Position numbers and translations under genes: made by a program. The notes beneath the pieces are model-generated. The model was not told the DNA's origin, did no database searches, and saw only the letters and a program-made list of their open reading frames with translations. A stretch of DNA of 64,000 nt, from the NCBI GenBank assembly GCA_964434195.1, contig CAYSUI010000002.1, forward strand, positions 2,562 to 66,561. Direction: 5' to 3'. This document shows positions 49,268-58,529 of the stretch, piece by piece (position 1 is the first letter of the stretch; each line of letters opens with the position of its first letter). The stretch comes from an uncultured Candidatus Saccharibacteria bacterium (lineage in GTDB: Bacteria; Patescibacteriota; Doudnabacteria; UBA920).

Positions 49268-50005
49268 ATGAATAGAGTTGTGCTTCTTATCGTTTGGGTC
49301 TTGTTAGTGTCGTGGACTGCATTTTCACAGAACACTGATTTGAAATCACAACCAAATGCTGCATCGGTTTCGATTTTCAAGGAGATTAATAATCCAACCG
49401 AAGCCCAAGCTGAGTTAGATAGGGTAAAAGCGATTTTTCAGAACGAATGGAAAAAATCTAAAGCACAAAACGGTAAAGTAATTCGTGCTTACGTCACACA
49501 TGAATTCCCAAAGGGATTTGTGCAACCCAAGGAGTGGGAAGTTGTTTCTGATATTTATTGCGGCCTGTTTGTTTATGATGACGAACGCTGGACAGTTCTG
49601 AGTACTTATAACTTCCAATGGGGGCCAAAGCTACTAATTCAAACTAACGATCTGACTTTTCAGAATAGGAGCTATCCTCTAAGTATTATGCAGTTCAACC
49701 GGCATGAATTTGAAGCGATAGGTAAAAGCTTCTACTTATTGTTTTTTGGAGGATTTAAGTTATCCAAAGCTGATAAGATAATTAGTTGGTATCAGGTTCC
49801 CACTATAGGTCTGGGGGCAGATAGTATGAGCGATGACTATTGGGAAACCAAAAAAACTCATTCTTTCATTCTTGAGCCTATTAAAGAAATCTTTTGGGAG
49901 CAGGTTATGAATACTGATCCTATAATTTCTGCCAGAATAAATTTCTTTAAAGCAGATACTGAGTTGAAGGCCGCTAAAGAAGCGGAAAAGAAAAAGAAAC
50001 CATAG
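49268..50005 (+). CDS. Secreted hypothetical protein (start probably ATG 49268)
   Basis: GGAGGT upstream; signal peptide MNRVVLLIVWVLLVSWTAFS. Confidence 0.65.
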   Translation: MNRVVLLIVWVLLVSWTAFSQNTDLKSQPNAASVSIFKEINNPTEAQAELDRVKAIFQNEWKKSKAQNGKVIRAYVTHEFPKGFVQPKEWEVVSDIYCGLFVYDDERWTVLSTYNFQWGPKLLIQTNDLTFQNRSYPLSIMQFNRHEFEAIGKSFYLLFFGGFKLSKADKIISWYQVPTIGLGADSMSDDYWETKKTHSFILEPIKEIFWEQVMNTDPIISARINFFKADTELKAAKEAEKKKKP

Positions 50006-50068
50006 AGAGCAAACTCTCTATTTTTTTATAAAAAAAACAGACGATATTCTTCGTCTGTTGAAGGGTTT

Positions 50069-51502
50069 TTACCCGCCGTTGATTTGATTGAAAATGTAAC
50101 TGAAGGTCAGTAGACTCTGACTTGGAGAGCTGGCCCCTCTGCCAATTCGCAAACTCAGGTCAAAGAGGCTAAACATATTCGTCACCCCTTCAACCTTGTA
50201 TACCTGACTTTCTACTTCGACATTAGCCGGTAGACCGGCTTTGACCCCCAGGCACATCAATTTAGACCAATCCAAATTCGATTTTGTCGACGGTCCATTA
50301 GCTAATAGGTTTAACTGGAAAGTAAGCCATCCAGCGTTAAATTTTTGCTGAGGAGTGGCATTCGGTAACAAACCTTCACTGATCTTGCTCTGAATTAGCG
50401 CAGTAAAAGTTCCCGAATTTACCATCTCGGTAGAAAAACCCGGAATCTGGACCCCGCCCTTTGGCAATTCCGTATTTCTGTTGGCCCAGTATGATGCCGG
50501 GAATTTTTTAATGAGAGCTTCACATTTCATTCCCATATCAAGCGGGATGGGAGTTGGACAGACAACAGGTCTATCACACTCCGATTCCTCACAGAAAGCG
50601 CCGGAAGGAAACCCTCCCTGTAGCTTCCGCAAGAGACCTCTCGGGCCTTTATCAATTGGCTGCTCGTCGCCTTGTAATGTTTTTCGCATTTCCACGACTG
50701 TCGAGGGAACCAAATAGACTTTGCCTGGCCATCCGCCGCTTTGAAACTCCCAACCGAACTGCATGCATTGCATGAGTTCACTGCTCGGGAAGGAAAGCGT
50801 CCAGAGACCGCCCATAGAATCCGTTGGTCCAAATTTGTAGTTGAAAACGGAATCGTTTGTGTTTTGGTAAAGCCCATTGTTGGCCCACCGATTCCGGTAG
50901 TGCACATGCACATCGGACCTATGAACTTCAACTGTCACTAGTGTGCCGTTGAAGTGGAAAGTTACCAACTTAATTATCGCGCCAGTCTTAGGATCTACCG
51001 CGAAACGAGTGAGTTTGTTCATTGAAACGTCGAGTCCGACGCCAATGAAGAACTCATCATCCCAGAGGCTTGCAGGGGCGCATTTATTAGTGTAAAACCT
51101 GATGGTGTCCATCTGGTTCTGTCGGCCAGACATCGTAATGATACTGCCGTCATCAAACAACGCACCTTCGTCTATCCCTTTGGGAAGAGATTCGTAGAGC
51201 AAGCTTCCTTTCAAGGTTGAAACGTCGAAGTAATCGTTGATTTCACCTTGGGGAATCGTGCTCTCGAATTGTTCAAAGAAGCGAAACCCTTTGTCACCAG
51301 GAAGCAAAAACCAGTCCCCTGACGGCAATCCCAGATCTGGTCTGAGGGAGAAACCGTGGGTAACCGCCCTTGTATAGGGTTTCGCTTTCGGCGTAAACGT
51401 CGTAAAATTTTGCTGCGCGCCGGCTTGTTGTGAGAAAGCCATCCCCACAATAAACAATAACGCAAGCGAAAATACCAGTGAAATCGTTTTGGTCAATTTC
51501 AT
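50069..51502 (-). CDS. Secreted hypothetical protein, GC-richer than its surroundings
   Basis: Signal peptide, 477-aa ORF, Cys-rich linker, SD AGGAG, consensus promoter. Confidence 0.75.
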   Translation of the reverse strand: MKLTKTISLVFSLALLFIVGMAFSQQAGAQQNFTTFTPKAKPYTRAVTHGFSLRPDLGLPSGDWFLLPGDKGFRFFEQFESTIPQGEINDYFDVSTLKGSLLYESLPKGIDEGALFDDGSIITMSGRQNQMDTIRFYTNKCAPASLWDDEFFIGVGLDVSMNKLTRFAVDPKTGAIIKLVTFHFNGTLVTVEVHRSDVHVHYRNRWANNGLYQNTNDSVFNYKFGPTDSMGGLWTLSFPSSELMQCMQFGWEFQSGGWPGKVYLVPSTVVEMRKTLQGDEQPIDKGPRGLLRKLQGGFPSGAFCEESECDRPVVCPTPIPLDMGMKCEALIKKFPASYWANRNTELPKGGVQIPGFSTEMVNSGTFTALIQSKISEGLLPNATPQQKFNAGWLTFQLNLLANGPSTKSNLDWSKLMCLGVKAGLPANVEVESQVYKVEGVTNMFSLFDLSLRIGRGASSPSQSLLTFSYIFNQINGG

Positions 51503-51668
51503 TTTTTATTTTGCACTCCTATTTACTTTTTTAATACCGGCTATGCTACCGGTATCGACACGAGGACCCAGGTAGAAAATAACCAGCGCATATACCGGTT
51601 ATACAAGCATTTATTGTCCTGATTGCTGAAAGTGTTTTTAAGCCAACACAATCATAGACAATCGAAGA

Positions 51669-51732
51669 ATTATAATAAAAAAAGCTTTGTTTGTCAACAA
51701 CACTTGACCAAAAATATTAAAATTGATATAAT
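51669..51732. promoter_or_regulatory. Divergent sigma70 promoters
   Basis: Minus strand TTGACA (51697-51692), 17 nt, TATAAT (51674-51669); plus strand TTGACC (51704), 17 nt, TATAAT (51727). Confidence 0.75.
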
Positions 51733-51810
51733 TATTTTTAAATGTATTGAGGTTTAGGCCGATGTCTAAGCCAAAAAATCACACATTTTGATGAAAAAAA
51801 GAGGGGAATT

Positions 51811-52476
51811 ATGACTTACAATAATTATTTAAATCGCAATCATACATTGAATGTTTTAATCGCTGTTCTTTCATTGATGATCGTTGGTATGGTGTTGATC
51901 GGCAAAGCGCACAGTGTGAGCGCAAGCGTCGCGAATCAGGTTTCTACTGAACTGAGTCGCGCACAGATTGTGAGCTCTTATGAAAATATCCAAGTGCAAG
52001 GGCTTTCTGGCGCCTCCAATACCGAGGAGGCAGATTGGACATTTGTAAACAATAATACCCAAAGTGTTCGAGTTACCTGGACGATCCAATGCCGCAGCAA
52101 GAAGGTTAGCGGCTTGAAGGTTATTCCCGCGGGCGAATCAGTTATTTTTACTGAGATCCCTGGCCGAATGACTTACTCGGTTGAAATCATTTACATTTCA
52201 CGTGGCGTGGTCAACTATGCAACGGTGAGCGAGCGCGAGATCGTGAGATCGCTCGCACCACTCAATCTTGCTCTATTAGAGCGAAGTGGTATTCAAATTC
52301 CACGTTACAATAACTACCGAAAGCAGACCCAAGCTGCACCTCAAATTCAAAGTGAACCCGTTCCTCAGCATCAAACTGAATCTGGTCCGGCTCCATCTTG
52401 CCCCATGAACATTGAAGAGACGCAGGATACCAAAGACGAACCAGTCGAACGAAGATTGATTGCGCTTAACCGCTAA
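51811..52476 (+). CDS. Secreted or membrane-anchored hypothetical protein
   Basis: N-terminal hydrophobic segment, beta-rich core, Gln/Pro-rich tail; SD GAGGGG. Confidence 0.7.
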   Translation: MTYNNYLNRNHTLNVLIAVLSLMIVGMVLIGKAHSVSASVANQVSTELSRAQIVSSYENIQVQGLSGASNTEEADWTFVNNNTQSVRVTWTIQCRSKKVSGLKVIPAGESVIFTEIPGRMTYSVEIIYISRGVVNYATVSEREIVRSLAPLNLALLERSGIQIPRYNNYRKQTQAAPQIQSEPVPQHQTESGPAPSCPMNIEETQDTKDEPVERRLIALNR

Positions 52477-52602
52477 GGCGTGCCCGGCTAGCAAATAGGG
52501 ATGGGCCGCCGAAGTCCCGGGTGAATGCACCGCGCAAGTACGCGAGCACGCCCGGGCAAAATTTCTTACTCGTAGTAGCCCTACGAGTTATTTTATTAAA
52601 AA

Positions 52603-52628
52603 AAATAATCCGCCTTTGCGGATTATTC
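52603..52628. terminator. Bidirectional terminator
   Basis: AATAATCCGC/GCGGATTATT stem next to an A-run, at the hsp20 stop. Confidence 0.7.
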
Positions 52629-53036
52629 TTTTTGAACCTGAATCCTCTTTGGTTCTTCTTTAGCTTTCTTTTGAAAAGCTACTTTCATAACTCCATTTTT
52701 ATGTGTAGCCTTGGGTTCTAAATTCTCGTCAATTTCTCCAGGTACAGCAACTCTATAAGAGAAGCTATTGCTGGCTTTTCTATAAAACTTCTTATTTTTA
52801 TCTTGTTCTTCGGTATTTTCACTTCCTCTTATCCATAAGACTCCCTTTTCATAAGTAACCTCAACTTTTTCTGGATCTAACCCTGGCACAGCTGCTTCTA
52901 TATAGACATTCTTATCATCTTCAGAAATTGTTAAACCAGAAGAGGGGAGAAATGCGCTCCAGTCGTCCTCGTCAAAAATATTTGGTAGACGAGACGGATT
53001 ATTCCAAAATGCCCTGGGCATAATATCAAATGACAT
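52623..53036 (-). CDS. Small heat-shock protein Hsp20/alpha-crystallin
   Basis: ISEDDKNVYIEAAVPGLD, GVLWIRG, ATHKNGVMKV.F.K, IQV tail. Confidence 0.92.
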   Translation of the reverse strand: MSFDIMPRAFWNNPSRLPNIFDEDDWSAFLPSSGLTISEDDKNVYIEAAVPGLDPEKVEVTYEKGVLWIRGSENTEEQDKNKKFYRKASNSFSYRVAVPGEIDENLEPKATHKNGVMKVAFQKKAKEEPKRIQVQKE

Positions 53037-53094
53037 AAAATTTCCTTTCCATTAACCAATACTATTGGTTAATAAATTAATGATAATTATTACA

Positions 53095-53121
53095 TTATCA
53101 CTCTAAACCTAAGAGTGATAA
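53095..53121. promoter_or_regulatory. CIRCE-like (HrcA) operator variant
   Basis: TTATCACTC-N9-GAGTGATAA, overlapping the hsp20 promoter (minus-strand TTGACA at 53129-53124). Confidence 0.8.
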
Positions 53122-53151
53122 TATGTCAAGATATAAAAAAATCTCTAATAA

Positions 53152-53358
53152 CTAGAGAACTGCATATTCTTCCGCTTCTAAACTAAGAACCGAACCTCGT
53201 GGATTATGAGCAAAAACCCATTTCGGTGGTTTAATACGAATTTTGGCATACCCAACATCTATGAAATCAGGACGATTTTCCCAATCTCCTGGGGTGAATT
53301 CTGCATCGAGCGTTGGCAAGTTTTCTTCCAACTTTTTAGAACCTGAGATCTCATGCAT
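53152..53358 (-). CDS. Small hypothetical protein (68 aa)
   Basis: GGAGG 6 nt upstream of the ATG; fills the gap between hsp20 and rmuC. Confidence 0.5.
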   Translation of the reverse strand: MHEISGSKKLEENLPTLDAEFTPGDWENRPDFIDVGYAKIRIKPPKWVFAHNPRGSVLSLEAEEYAVL

Positions 53359-53460
53359 ATTTTGCCTCCAAAGCTTTTTGAAACCTTATCGCGAGTATAT
53401 TCCCAAAACAAACTCTTTACAAGTGGAAAAAAATCTACTCAATTTTGCTATACTTCATCT

Positions 53461-54498
53461 ATGCAAATTTTACTCATTGGAATCATAGCTATTTTATTTA
53501 TTGGCTTCGGAATAGTCCTTTATTTCTTCTTCGACATGAAGAAAAAAATGGAAGAACCAAAAGACTCAGAGAGTTTAAAGGTCATGATGGAATGGATGAA
53601 AGATATTAAACAAGGCACTGAACAGGATAGACTGCATATCCAAACCAATCTAAACGAGACAAATAGAGCAATTAACGAAAGACTAGACAAAGCTGCTCAT
53701 GTAATTCAATCCCTCTCAAGAGAACTGGGCTCAATGAGTCAAATAGGGCCAGATATAAGGAGGCTTTCAGAGGTATTGGCTAGCCCAAAAACTCGTGGTA
53801 CTTTTGGTGAAGAAATCTTGGAAAATATGCTTTCGCAAGTACTCCCAAAAAGCTCATACGAAACACAATATCGTTTTAATAACGGAGAAATCGTCGATGC
53901 TATGGTAAGAGTAGGAGATAGAATTCTCCCAATAGATAGCAAATTTAGCATGGAAAATTTCAGACTGTTTAAAGAAGCTAATACAGATGAGTCTGCAGAA
54001 ATAATGAAGAAAGCATTTCTTAAAGACGTTAAAAAAAGAATAGACGAAATATATAAAAAATATATTCTCCCACAAGAAAACACTTTCGACTTTGCGTTAA
54101 TGTACATTCCTAGTGAGGGTGTATTTTCTGAGGTTCTAGATGATACTGCTGTAATTACTTACGCGAGAGACAAAAGAGTATTTTTTGTTAGTCCCAATAC
54201 CCTTTATCATCATCTTCAAATAATCCTTTTAAGTTTAAAAGGACAACAAATAAATAAAGCTGCTCAAGCAATCCTTCATCACATCGCAGGTATAAAACAG
54301 GAAAGTGAAAAATTCGGCAAGAACCTAGATGTGCTTGCTAATCACATTAAGAACGCAGGAAATAGCATGGGTACGGTCTCAAGTGACTTCCAAAAACTAA
54401 AAACCAGCATAACTAGCGCAGCGGCACTGCAATTAGCAGAAGCAGAGGCCTTGGAAGTGCAAGAAAAAGATATAAATGGTTTATTAAAAAGTGAATAA
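53461..54498 (+). CDS. rmuC: DNA recombination protein RmuC (start moved to ATG 53461)
   Basis: N-terminal TM, RGTFGEEILE, PIDSKF, FALMYIPSEG, SPNTL; TGCTATACT 6 nt upstream. Confidence 0.92.
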   Translation: MQILLIGIIAILFIGFGIVLYFFFDMKKKMEEPKDSESLKVMMEWMKDIKQGTEQDRLHIQTNLNETNRAINERLDKAAHVIQSLSRELGSMSQIGPDIRRLSEVLASPKTRGTFGEEILENMLSQVLPKSSYETQYRFNNGEIVDAMVRVGDRILPIDSKFSMENFRLFKEANTDESAEIMKKAFLKDVKKRIDEIYKKYILPQENTFDFALMYIPSEGVFSEVLDDTAVITYARDKRVFFVSPNTLYHHLQIILLSLKGQQINKAAQAILHHIAGIKQESEKFGKNLDVLANHIKNAGNSMGTVSSDFQKLKTSITSAAALQLAEAEALEVQEKDINGLLKSE

Positions 54499-54525
54499 TT
54501 TTTATTAAAGTAATTAATTTTTTTT

Positions 54526-55056
54526 ATGAGTATAAGGAATAAAGATCAACGGGTAGGGGTTTTTGTTGACGTGCAGAATTTATATTATTCTGCAAGAAAT
54601 ATTTATAATTCCAGAGTAAATTTTAACGCAGTTTTAGATGCAGCAGTTGCAGACAGAAAACTAATTCGTGCAATAGCATACGTAATAGAAGCCGACGAAC
54701 CCCAAGAAAAGACTTTCTTTGAAGCGTTGGACAAAGCAGGTTTCGAAGTTAAAAAGAAACCATTACAGACCTGGACTTCAGGAAACCAAAAAGGGGACTG
54801 GGATGTCGGCATAGCTATGGACATAATAAAAATGATGAACAAGCTAGATGTAGTTGTACTTTGTAGCGGCGACGGTGACTTTGTTCCGCTATTAGAATAT
54901 CTACAAATGATGGGCCAATTCGCCGAAACGCTTGCCTTCGGCAAATCTTGTAGTGGCAAAGTGAAAGAATTAACAGATTACTTCGTAGATCTCGATGATA
55001 ACCCTAAACAGTTTCTAATGCCTATAAAGGCGGTTCCTTCAAGAAAAACAAGGTAA
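54526..55056 (+). CDS. NYN-domain (LabA/DUF88) protein
   Basis: FVDVQNLY, KGDWDVGIAMD, SGDGDF. Confidence 0.92.
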   Translation: MSIRNKDQRVGVFVDVQNLYYSARNIYNSRVNFNAVLDAAVADRKLIRAIAYVIEADEPQEKTFFEALDKAGFEVKKKPLQTWTSGNQKGDWDVGIAMDIIKMMNKLDVVVLCSGDGDFVPLLEYLQMMGQFAETLAFGKSCSGKVKELTDYFVDLDDNPKQFLMPIKAVPSRKTR

Positions 55057-55092
55057 ATTGATTTATTTGTTCAATGCGATTAAGGTACGTAT

Positions 55093-55536
55093 ATGCGAAT
55101 AGTATTAGATACAAATGTATTAATAAATGGTCTCAAGGATGAATATAGTTACGAGAAACGAATTATCGATGAGGTTATTGATGGTGGCATTGAAGCATAT
55201 GCAAATAGGCAAACTTTAGACGAAAATAAACTTATAGCCAGACAACTCATAGACAATCCGGAATACGAGCAAGATTTAAGAAATTTCTTCGCCCAAGTAA
55301 ACCGCGTTACAAATAGACACCACATAAATGTGGTAAGAGACGACGAAGATAATAAAATTTTAGAAAGCGCAGTAGAAGCTCAGGCTGATTTTCTAGTAAC
55401 CCACGATAATGACTTGCTCGAATTAAGAGAGTATGAAGACGTGCAAATAGTCACCCCAGCTGCTTTTTGGTCCAGATATAAAGATGAAGGCATGGACCAA
55501 TGGAAAGCCTGGACACAGTTCGTAACCAAAAAATAA
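55093..55536 (+). CDS. PIN-domain protein (VapC-like putative toxin family)
   Basis: VLDTNV, RDDEDNKILESA, LVTHDNDLL. Confidence 0.88.
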   Translation: MRIVLDTNVLINGLKDEYSYEKRIIDEVIDGGIEAYANRQTLDENKLIARQLIDNPEYEQDLRNFFAQVNRVTNRHHINVVRDDEDNKILESAVEAQADFLVTHDNDLLELREYEDVQIVTPAAFWSRYKDEGMDQWKAWTQFVTKK

Positions 55537-55539
55537 AGA

Positions 55540-58455
55540 ATGTTACTAGAAAATTTAAACAAAGAACAACTAGAAGCGGTTACCAATACACAGGGCCCGC
55601 TTCTTATAGTAGCGGGCGCTGGCACTGGAAAGACCACAGTAGTAACAAGGAAGATTGGCTTTCTTGTAGAACAAAAACTAGCACTTCCTTCGGAAATACT
55701 TGCTCTTACTTTTACTGAAAAAGCAGCAGGTGAAATGGAAGGTAGGACTCTGGAACTATTACCACTTGGCAACTACGACTTATGGATATCTACTTTTCAT
55801 AGTTTTTGCGAACGCGTCTTAAAACAACACGGTACACATATAGGACTACCTCATGAGTTCAAACTACTTAGTGATACAGCTCAATGGATGTTAGTTTATA
55901 AAAACTTTGACCAATTTGACTTAGATTACTACCGACCATCAGGAACACCTTTCAAATTCATAGAAACACTTTGTACTCACTTCAGTAAATGTAAAGACGA
56001 GCTCGTCTCACCTGAGGATTATTTAAGCTATGCTGAATCACTTAAACTAGACGGGGACTCTTCGGTCCTTCTTTCATCGGAAGAGTCAATACTAGAACAA
56101 AAAAGGTTATTAGAGATCTCTTCCGCTTACCACACATATCAAAAATTATTACTTAGCAACGATAGTTTAGATTTCGGCGACTTAATTAACTATACTCTTA
56201 AACTTTTTAAAGAACGCCCGAATGTTCTTCGTTATTACCAAAACCATTTTAAGTATGTAATGGTAGATGAGTTTCAAGATACTAATTTCGCTCAGTACGA
56301 ATTAATTAAGTTGCTCTGCAATACTGGTAGTAAAAATCTCGCAGTAGTTGGAGATGACGATCAAAGTATTTATAAATTCAGAGGCGCCTCAGTATCTAAC
56401 ATACTTAATTTTAAAAAGGATTTTCCTGAACTAAAACAAACTACGCTTATTGAAAACTATCGCTCTAGCCAAGAGATACTGGATCTAGCCTATAATTTCA
56501 TAAAACATAATAACCCAAACAGGCTAGAAGTAGAACTAGGAATAAATAAAAGACTTAACGGTCATCAAACAGAACCAGCTACAATTGCCGTAATCGAAGC
56601 AATAGACATTGGCTCCGAATTAGCAATGATGATTTCAAAAATAATAGAAATTAAAAAAGAAAACCCAAATATTACTTGGAACGACTTTGCCATTCTAATC
56701 AGGTCGAACAACTCAGCAAATGAAATCATTCCCAGGCTCGAATCTTCAGGCATTCCCTACGCATTTATGGCTAATTCGGGTTTGTATAAGAAACCGCTAG
56801 TATCTTTTCTCATAAACTACATGCGGCTCCTAAATAATTTCCATGACTCGTCGTCACTTTTTAAACTCTTAAGTTTTTCGAAGTTTACTCTTGAACACAA
56901 TGAACTTAGTAAAATTACCCATTATGCTAATAAAAAAACTTTAAGTATCTACGAAGCTCTTGAGCTAGATGATCTACTAAGTACCTTAACAGATAACTCA
57001 AGACAAAGAATACAAATTGTAAAAGACACATTGAATCACCACGCCAAAGAAAGTCGAGAAAGGGGAGCGAGTGAGTTATTTGCATATATCGTAAAAGACC
57101 TCGGATTACCAGAATTACTAGAAGAAGATTCCATTGAAAACGTTCAAAATAGAGAATACTTAGAACAATTTTATAAATATATAGAAAACTTCGAACAAGA
57201 ATCCGGAGAGAGGCATTTGACTGACTTTCTCTATAATTTGGAATTGGAAATGAAAGCGGGGAGTGAAGGTCAAATTAAATTTGACCCTGAAAATGGCCCT
57301 GAAAGCCTTAAAATCTTAACTATCCACGCTTCAAAGGGATTAGAATTCGAAAATGTCTTTATGCCTGGAATGGTAGATCAGCGGTTTCCTAGCCGGGATA
57401 AAAATAGAGGTATAGATCTACCTGATGCTCTAATAAAAGATATACTACCTGACGGAGATTTCCATCTGGAAGAAGAAAGAAGGCTATTCTATGTCGCTAT
57501 CACAAGGGCGAAGAAAAGAATATATTTTTCTTGGGCAAAAGATTATGGGGGTAAAAAAGAAAAAAAACCTTCAATATTTTTAAGTGAGGCAGGACTAATT
57601 TCCAATGATTTACATAAAAAATCTACTGGCAAAGTGGTATTTAAAGACAAGGCACAATTAAACAATGATAAAATTGTTTTTCAGGACATCCCAGAAACTT
57701 TCTCTTTTACAGACCTCTCCACTTTTGAAAAATGCCCCCTAGAGTATAAATACAAAAACTATCTCAAACTACCTTTACCAGGCGCCCCTCAACTTTCCTT
57801 TGGCATTACAATGCATCGTGTATTTCAAGAATACATGCAAGATTTTATTAATAGAAAAAATAATTCGCAAATAGACTTATTCGGAGAAAGCACAGTAGTC
57901 GATTATGGCAAAATAGAATTACTTGAGGAGTTATATAAAAAAGCATGGATAGACGACTGGTACGCTACTAAAAAACAAAAGGAAGAATTCAAGAATAAAG
58001 GTAAAGATATGCTTAAGATTTTTTATAAAGCAACCATAGAAACTAAACCTAAACCAAAATATGTTGAACAATTTTTCAAATTACCAATAGGCAATTTTCA
58101 TTTTGTCGGAAAAATAGATAGAGCCGACGAAACACCAAACGGCTTGGCGATTATAGACTATAAAACAGGTAAAGTTCCTTCAAAAAAAACCAAATCAGAC
58201 TTAGACCAACTTAGAGTATATGAATGGGCAGCTAGGGAATTTCTAAACGAAAAAGTTTCCACACTCTGCTATTGGTACTTAGAAGCTGGAGAGTTTATCT
58301 CTGAAAAACTCTCAACCCCAGATGAACTACTAGATTTTCAAGAAAATATACTTAATCAGATACAAAATATTATCGAAGCAATTAAGTACGATACATTTTT
58401 CACGCTACACGAATCAAAATCCCAACATTTTTGCCAGTTTGAGGATTATAAATAA
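55540..58455 (+). CDS. UvrD/PcrA-like SF1 helicase fused to a PD-(D/E)XK nuclease
   Basis: AGAGTGKT, VDEFQD, TIHASKGLEF, EERRLFYVAITRAK; C-terminal GKIDRAD...IIDYKTG. Confidence 0.93.
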   Translation: MLLENLNKEQLEAVTNTQGPLLIVAGAGTGKTTVVTRKIGFLVEQKLALPSEILALTFTEKAAGEMEGRTLELLPLGNYDLWISTFHSFCERVLKQHGTHIGLPHEFKLLSDTAQWMLVYKNFDQFDLDYYRPSGTPFKFIETLCTHFSKCKDELVSPEDYLSYAESLKLDGDSSVLLSSEESILEQKRLLEISSAYHTYQKLLLSNDSLDFGDLINYTLKLFKERPNVLRYYQNHFKYVMVDEFQDTNFAQYELIKLLCNTGSKNLAVVGDDDQSIYKFRGASVSNILNFKKDFPELKQTTLIENYRSSQEILDLAYNFIKHNNPNRLEVELGINKRLNGHQTEPATIAVIEAIDIGSELAMMISKIIEIKKENPNITWNDFAILIRSNNSANEIIPRLESSGIPYAFMANSGLYKKPLVSFLINYMRLLNNFHDSSSLFKLLSFSKFTLEHNELSKITHYANKKTLSIYEALELDDLLSTLTDNSRQRIQIVKDTLNHHAKESRERGASELFAYIVKDLGLPELLEEDSIENVQNREYLEQFYKYIENFEQESGERHLTDFLYNLELEMKAGSEGQIKFDPENGPESLKILTIHASKGLEFENVFMPGMVDQRFPSRDKNRGIDLPDALIKDILPDGDFHLEEERRLFYVAITRAKKRIYFSWAKDYGGKKEKKPSIFLSEAGLISNDLHKKSTGKVVFKDKAQLNNDKIVFQDIPETFSFTDLSTFEKCPLEYKYKNYLKLPLPGAPQLSFGITMHRVFQEYMQDFINRKNNSQIDLFGESTVVDYGKIELLEELYKKAWIDDWYATKKQKEEFKNKGKDMLKIFYKATIETKPKPKYVEQFFKLPIGNFHFVGKIDRADETPNGLAIIDYKTGKVPSKKTKSDLDQLRVYEWAAREFLNEKVSTLCYWYLEAGEFISEKLSTPDELLDFQENILNQIQNIIEAIKYDTFFTLHESKSQHFCQFEDYK

Positions 58456-58529
58456 TTATCTATTATATAATTTTGTATCTGTTTTTTTAGTTTTATAATT
58501 AATTACAATTATTTTTCAAATTTAAACAA

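Noticed and set aside
52477-52560. SRP RNA or c-di-GMP riboswitch
   Set aside because: Lacks the SRP helix-8 motif and the GEMM consensus order; lies 3' of both flanking genes
53353-53460. N-terminal extension of rmuC given by the ORF track
   Set aside because: Overlaps a divergent gene start and promoter; ATG 53461 follows an extended -10 and begins the TM helix
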